Shown one piece after another: positions 59,824 to 64,000 of a DNA stretch of 64,000 bases (its first letter is position 1; every line of letters begins with the position of its first letter). Both the position numbers and the translations under genes were made by a program. The notes beneath the pieces were generated by a model. The model had not been told where the DNA came from and did no database searches. It saw only the letters and a list, made by a program, of their open reading frames with translations. Location of the stretch: NCBI GenBank assembly GCA_963817895.1, contig CAWFQB010000001.1, positions 704,001 to 768,000 on the forward strand, given 5' to 3'. Origin of the DNA: an uncultured Chthonomonadaceae bacterium (GTDB lineage Bacteria; Armatimonadota; Chthonomonadetes; Chthonomonadales; Chthonomonadaceae).

Positions 59824-60282
59824 ATGACCGCTGTTACCGAACACCCCCGGCCTGTTGCGTTGCCGGAAGACGCGAAAATGACGATCACGCTGGAAGTATC
59901 GCCCGATCTGGCGATTCGCCTGACGAACGTGGCGGCGCGTCACGGCATCCCTTTGCGCGACTATGTGAACTGCCTGCTGGAAAAGGCCGCGTCCGAGGAG
60001 ATTCCCGCCCCGCCGCCTTCAACGCATGTCCCCGGCGAAGTCGCGGCGCGCGGCAAAGAGTGGTACGAGCGCGACATTCGCCACAAAGTCAACACGCCGG
60101 AAAACAAGGGCAAAGCCCTGGTCATCAACGTTGAAAACGGCGAATATGAAATGGATGCCGATGGTAATTTAGCGTTGGATCGCGCCCGCGCCAAACACCC
60201 CGACGCGCTATTTCTGCGTATGCGGATAGGTTACAGGGCTTACGGCAAAATGGGCGGCAGTTGGAGGAGCATGGAGGAATGA
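59824..60282 (+). CDS. Hypothetical protein with an RHH-like N-terminus (antitoxin-like)
   Basis: ITLEVSPDLAIRLTNVAARHGIPLRDYVNCLL; C-domain ARGKEWYERDIR...GKALVINVENGEYE...RIG. Confidence 0.65.
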   Translation: MTAVTEHPRPVALPEDAKMTITLEVSPDLAIRLTNVAARHGIPLRDYVNCLLEKAASEEIPAPPPSTHVPGEVAARGKEWYERDIRHKVNTPENKGKALVINVENGEYEMDADGNLALDRARAKHPDALFLRMRIGYRAYGKMGGSWRSMEE

Positions 60283-60383
60283 TCCCCGGAGTTGTCAACA
60301 TAGACTCTGACGTTGACGTACAATCCATGAGGAATTTTAGCCGCAAATATACGCGAATACACGCAAATGAGGAAAGATGCAGT

Positions 60384-61172
60384 ATGAGGAACACGGCGAA
60401 TAATGCGCGTACATGGCTTTGGACGGCGCGAATGGGGTGGTTGCTGTGCCTGTGCCTGCTGGCTTGTGGGCGGAGTGGGGCGCAGGCGAAAGGGGAATTG
60501 CGGGTTGCCGCTGCCGCCGATTTGTCCCGCGCGTTTACCGAAGTGGGGCAGGCGTTCGAAAAGCGGACGGGGCAGAAAGTGACGCTCGTTTTTGGGTCGA
60601 GCGGGCAGTTGACGCAGCAGATCGAAAACGGCGCTCCCTATGACGTGTTCGCGTCCGCCAACGAAGATTACATTGCGCGTCTGGATACGAAACGTCTAAT
60701 ATTGTCCGACACGCGCCACGTTTACGCGATGGGCAAACTGGTGTTGTGGACGCGCAAGGGAGGGCCATCACTGCCCGCCACGCTTGCCGAACTCGCCAAC
60801 CCGCGCTATGCCCGCATCGCCATCGCCAATCCCCGAACCGCGCCGTATGGCATGGCCGCGAAACAGGCGTTGGAAAAAGCGGGCGTATGGGACAAAATCC
60901 AGGCCAAACTGGTGACGGGCGAAAACATTCAGCAGGCGTTCCAGTTCGCGGCCAGCGGCAACGCGGACGTTGCCCTTGTTTCCCATTCGCTGACAGTGGA
61001 GAGTGGCGGCAACGCCCTGCCCGTTCCGCTCGCGCTGTACACGCCCCTGCGCCAGACCGTTGCCGTCCTCCAATCCTCGGCCCATGCCCCCCTTGCCCGC
61101 CGCTTTGTTGAGTTCGTTATCGGAAAGGACGGACAGGCAATATTGAAGAAGTACGGCTTTTCCCCGCCATGA
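60384..61172 (+). CDS. modA: Molybdate ABC transporter substrate-binding protein
   Basis: VAAAADL, FGSSGQL.QQIENGAP.DVFASA, IANPRTAPYG.AA. Confidence 0.95.
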   Translation: MRNTANNARTWLWTARMGWLLCLCLLACGRSGAQAKGELRVAAAADLSRAFTEVGQAFEKRTGQKVTLVFGSSGQLTQQIENGAPYDVFASANEDYIARLDTKRLILSDTRHVYAMGKLVLWTRKGGPSLPATLAELANPRYARIAIANPRTAPYGMAAKQALEKAGVWDKIQAKLVTGENIQQAFQFAASGNADVALVSHSLTVESGGNALPVPLALYTPLRQTVAVLQSSAHAPLARRFVEFVIGKDGQAILKKYGFSPP

Positions 61173-61837
61173 GCGATGATGTTGCTATTGCCCTCTGGCT
61201 GTCCCTGCGCATTGCCGGTTGCGCCACCCTGCTGTCGGTTCTGATTGGACTGCCTCTCGCGTGGATTCTGTCGCGCCGCCGCGTTCCCGTTCGCGCGCTG
61301 TGGGAAAGCCTTGTCCTGCTGCCGCTGATTTTGCCGCCGACCGTATTAGGCTACTTTCTGCTGACCACACTTGGGGCGCAGTCCCGCGTCGCGCAATGGT
61401 TTCACGCCCTGACCGGGCGCGACCTGCATCTTGTTTTCACCTGGCAGGGCGCGACCCTTGCGGCCTGCATTGTGAGTCTGCCCCTGTTCGTCCGCTCCGC
61501 TCAGGCCGGGTTTGCCGACATTGACGCCGACTTGCTGGACGCCGCCCGCATCTTCGGCGCGAACGAGTCGCAGGTGTTCCGGCTGATTGCCCTCCCGCTT
61601 GCCCGTTCCGGCCTGATGGCGGGAATCGGACTGGCCTTTGCCCGCGCCCTCGGCGATTTCGGCGCGACCCTGATGATCGGCGGCAGCATCCCCGGCCAGA
61701 CCCGCACCCTGTCGCTGATGATCTACGACGCCTACAACGCGGGCAACGAGCGGCTTGCCGGACTGCTGGTTCTGGTTCTATCCGGCGTGTGCCTCGTTTT
61801 CGCCCTGTTCGCCTCCACCTTCGCAAGAAAAAACTGA
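61169..61837 (+). CDS. modB: Molybdate ABC transporter permease
   Basis: LPLILPPTVLGY, FARALGDFGATLMIGGSIPGQTRT. Confidence 0.95.
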   Translation: MSDDVAIALWLSLRIAGCATLLSVLIGLPLAWILSRRRVPVRALWESLVLLPLILPPTVLGYFLLTTLGAQSRVAQWFHALTGRDLHLVFTWQGATLAACIVSLPLFVRSAQAGFADIDADLLDAARIFGANESQVFRLIALPLARSGLMAGIGLAFARALGDFGATLMIGGSIPGQTRTLSLMIYDAYNAGNERLAGLLVLVLSGVCLVFALFASTFARKN

Positions 61838-61839
61838 TT

Positions 61840-61947
61840 GCCCTCAACCCCCGGCCCCTTCTCCCAAAAAAAGCTTGGGAGAAGGGGAGTCGTTTAAGAT
61901 TAAATTAGCCCCTCTCCCAAAGTTGGGAGAGGGGTTGGGGTGAGGGC
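61840..61947. repeat. Pair of REP-like palindromes in inverted orientation
   Basis: GCCCTCAACCCCCGGCCCCTTCTCCCAA...TTGGGAGAAGGGG followed by a copy of the 26866-26910 element. Confidence 0.85.
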
Positions 61948-62037
61948 TTGAACATCAATCTCCCAGATTTGCAACCCAAAAGCCTGCGTCTGCGTAGCAT
62001 AACCAAACAAACTGTGTCTTTGTGAAGGAGAAGCGCG

Positions 62038-63144
62038 ATGAGTCTTTTTGGGAATTTTGCGGAACCGTCGCCTGCGGAACCACCCATGCACACGCCGGAC
62101 ATTGTGGAAACCCGAACCTATACCAACCCCCTGTATAATGGCTATTTTGCCGACCCGTTTATCTGGCAGCACAAGGGCGAGTATTACGCGATTGGAACGG
62201 GGCCACTGGAAGCCAACGGGCAGGTGACGCGGGCGAATGAGATGTCATCCTCCCTGCAAGCGCAGCTTCGCGTGTTTCCTCTGTTGCGCTCCGATGATTT
62301 TGTCACCTGGCATCCGGTGGGCGGGGCATTAATTCGGCCCGATGTCGCGCTTGGCGAAACATTCTGGGCGCCCGAAGTGGCGTATAACGACGGCAGCTTT
62401 TATATGTACTACTCGGTTGGCTTCGAGGACAAGAATCATCAGGTGCGCGTCGCGGCCAGCAATCACCCGATGGGGCCGTATACGGATTTGGGCAAAACGC
62501 TCGTCAATCCGCATACCACGCCGTTTGCCATTGACGCGCACCCGTTTCAGGACGATGACGGAACCTGGTATCTGTTCTGGGCGCAGGATTTTCTGGATAA
62601 CCGGGAGGGCGCGCGACCGGGAACCGCGCTGATGGTGGATCGGATGCTGGACATGACCACGCTTGCCGGAGAAGCCCGCCCGGTTTTGCGGGCGCGTTCC
62701 GAGTGGCAGCGGTTTCTAAAGGATCGTCCCATGTACGGCGGCATCTGGGACTGGCACACGCTGGAAGGCCCCTCCGTTCTCAAGCACGAGGGGCGCTACT
62801 ACTGCTTTTACAGCGGCGGGCGGTGGGAAAACGACAGCTACGGCGTGGATTACGGCGTGGCCGATCACCCGATGGGGCCGTATTCGGACGCGGGCAACGA
62901 GGCGGGCGCGCGGGTTCTGCGCACGGCTCCCGGTCACGCCATCGGGCCGGGGCATAACTCGTTCATCATCGGCCCGGACAGGCAGACGGAATACATCGTG
63001 TACCACGCCTGGGACGCGGGCATGATGCAGCGCCGCCTGTGTCTGGACAAACTGCTCTGGACGCCCGATGGCCCCCGCGCCGACGGCCCCACCTGGACGC
63101 CACAAACGGTTACAGCAATCAAAGATTGGCAGTCTACGTTGTAG
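62038..63144 (+). CDS. Glycoside hydrolase family 43
   Basis: FADPF, WAPE, AIDAHPF, TLEGP, GPGHNS. Confidence 0.92.
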   Translation: MSLFGNFAEPSPAEPPMHTPDIVETRTYTNPLYNGYFADPFIWQHKGEYYAIGTGPLEANGQVTRANEMSSSLQAQLRVFPLLRSDDFVTWHPVGGALIRPDVALGETFWAPEVAYNDGSFYMYYSVGFEDKNHQVRVAASNHPMGPYTDLGKTLVNPHTTPFAIDAHPFQDDDGTWYLFWAQDFLDNREGARPGTALMVDRMLDMTTLAGEARPVLRARSEWQRFLKDRPMYGGIWDWHTLEGPSVLKHEGRYYCFYSGGRWENDSYGVDYGVADHPMGPYSDAGNEAGARVLRTAPGHAIGPGHNSFIIGPDRQTEYIVYHAWDAGMMQRRLCLDKLLWTPDGPRADGPTWTPQTVTAIKDWQSTL

Positions 63145-63415
63145 GAGCGGATTTATCGCCGAGAAGTTTGCCGCCATCGGCATTCATGGCCTGCAATTGC
63201 TGCGCGATGCGATCAAAATTTTGATTGGCGGTTTCGAGAGAGGTATATTCGGCGACCTGCTGACCGTCTAGTTCATGTCGGACATGTCCCGGCTCCGCGT
63301 AGCGGACAATGCGATAGTAGTTGCCCTGATGTATCAGGGCAACCTCCGCGCCGGTCTCCAGATTCGCGAGTAAACGTTCGTATGCCGGACGTTCGACGTT
63401 GGAAAGTATCCACAT
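63134..63415 (-). CDS. Hypothetical protein (93 aa)
   Basis: GGAGG RBS; directly downstream of the TolC-like gene. Confidence 0.65.
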   Translation of the reverse strand: MWILSNVERPAYERLLANLETGAEVALIHQGNYYRIVRYAEPGHVRHELDGQQVAEYTSLETANQNFDRIAQQLQAMNADGGKLLGDKSAPTT

Positions 63416-63432
63416 AGCTGTTTCTGCCTCCT

Positions 63433-64000
63433 CTATTTACGGGCAATCCCAAGCACATTGGGGGCGGGAACGCGGGCATAGCCCGGACCGTTCGGAACAT
63501 ACGAGAACCGCCCGATGGCGCGATCTAATTGTGCGCGGCTCTGATTGTAATCGTAGATGGCGTTGACCTGATTGGTTTCCGCCTGCGTGAGCGCGGCCTG
63601 CGCGTCGCTGACTTCGAGCAGGGGCGAAATTCCCACCCGCGCCACCCCTGCCGTATAGCGGACACGCGCCAGTTGAAACGACGCCCGCGCCTGCGACAAT
63701 GCCTGATTCGCGACCGCCACCTGATCCCGCGCCTGCACTAAATTGAGATACGCCTGCTGCACGTCCAGCGTTACACTGTCAATCGCCTGCCGCTTGTTGG
63801 TAATGGCCGTCGCCTCGTCCGCCCGCGCCTGCTGTCTTCGCGCCCGCGCCAATCCGCCATCATAAAGCGGCAGGGTCAGGGCAATTCCCGCTTCCGGCTC
63901 ATTGATGCGGCGGTTGCCCGTCGAGTTGCGTACGTCGTAGTAGCCGAATGTCAGCGCCACACCCGGCAACAGGCTGCGATTCGCGTACTGTATACCCCGG
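63433..64000 (-). CDS. TolC-family outer-membrane efflux protein (3' part)
   Basis: LTLPLYDGG, VQQAYLNL, RYTAG...LLEVSDAQ, AQLDRAIG; runs off the window end. Confidence 0.9.
   Translation of the reverse strand, partial: RGIQYANRSLLPGVALTFGYYDVRNSTGNRRINEPEAGIALTLPLYDGGLARARRQQARADEATAITNKRQAIDSVTLDVQQAYLNLVQARDQVAVANQALSQARASFQLARVRYTAGVARVGISPLLEVSDAQAALTQAETNQVNAIYDYNQSRAQLDRAIGRFSYVPNGPGYARVPAPNVLGIARK

Overview
A 64-kb, GC-rich bacterial chromosomal segment. The gene content suggests Armatimonadota or a similar diderm (inference from several prepilin/H-X9-DG proteins, Uma2 paralogs, FlgM, TonB and TolC). Recognisable modules are: a Phd/ParE-type toxin-antitoxin pair; an AddA-like helicase divergent from parA-parB; flgM behind a sigma28-like promoter and a c-di-GMP-I riboswitch, next to an EAL phosphodiesterase; sahR-ahcY; a low-GC orphan OLD-family nuclease; an exbB-exbD-tonB-receptor operon led by a CxxC/RAPP uORF; an ATP-grasp/alpha-E/transglutaminase operon; an intact IS5-family element; sucAB; a prepilin/TPR/CRTAC1-like/multiheme-cytochrome cluster; modAB; and a GH43 gene. 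Seven single frameshifts in otherwise intact genes (including sucA) look like assembly indels. The least explained signals are: (1) a non-coding element present twice, 40 kb apart, with an ECF-type promoter, a strong SD, a conserved 8-codon micro-ORF and conserved hairpins; (2) a pervasive family of heptamer/octamer arrays that form inverted pairs at gene junctions and sit in frame inside genes; (3) a diverged duplicate of the ATP-grasp gene 3' end bracketing a decayed two-gene cassette; (4) ANTAR-like leader hairpins ahead of prepilin genes. No CRISPR array, tRNA or rRNA was seen. All calls come from reading motifs by eye; no database searches were run.
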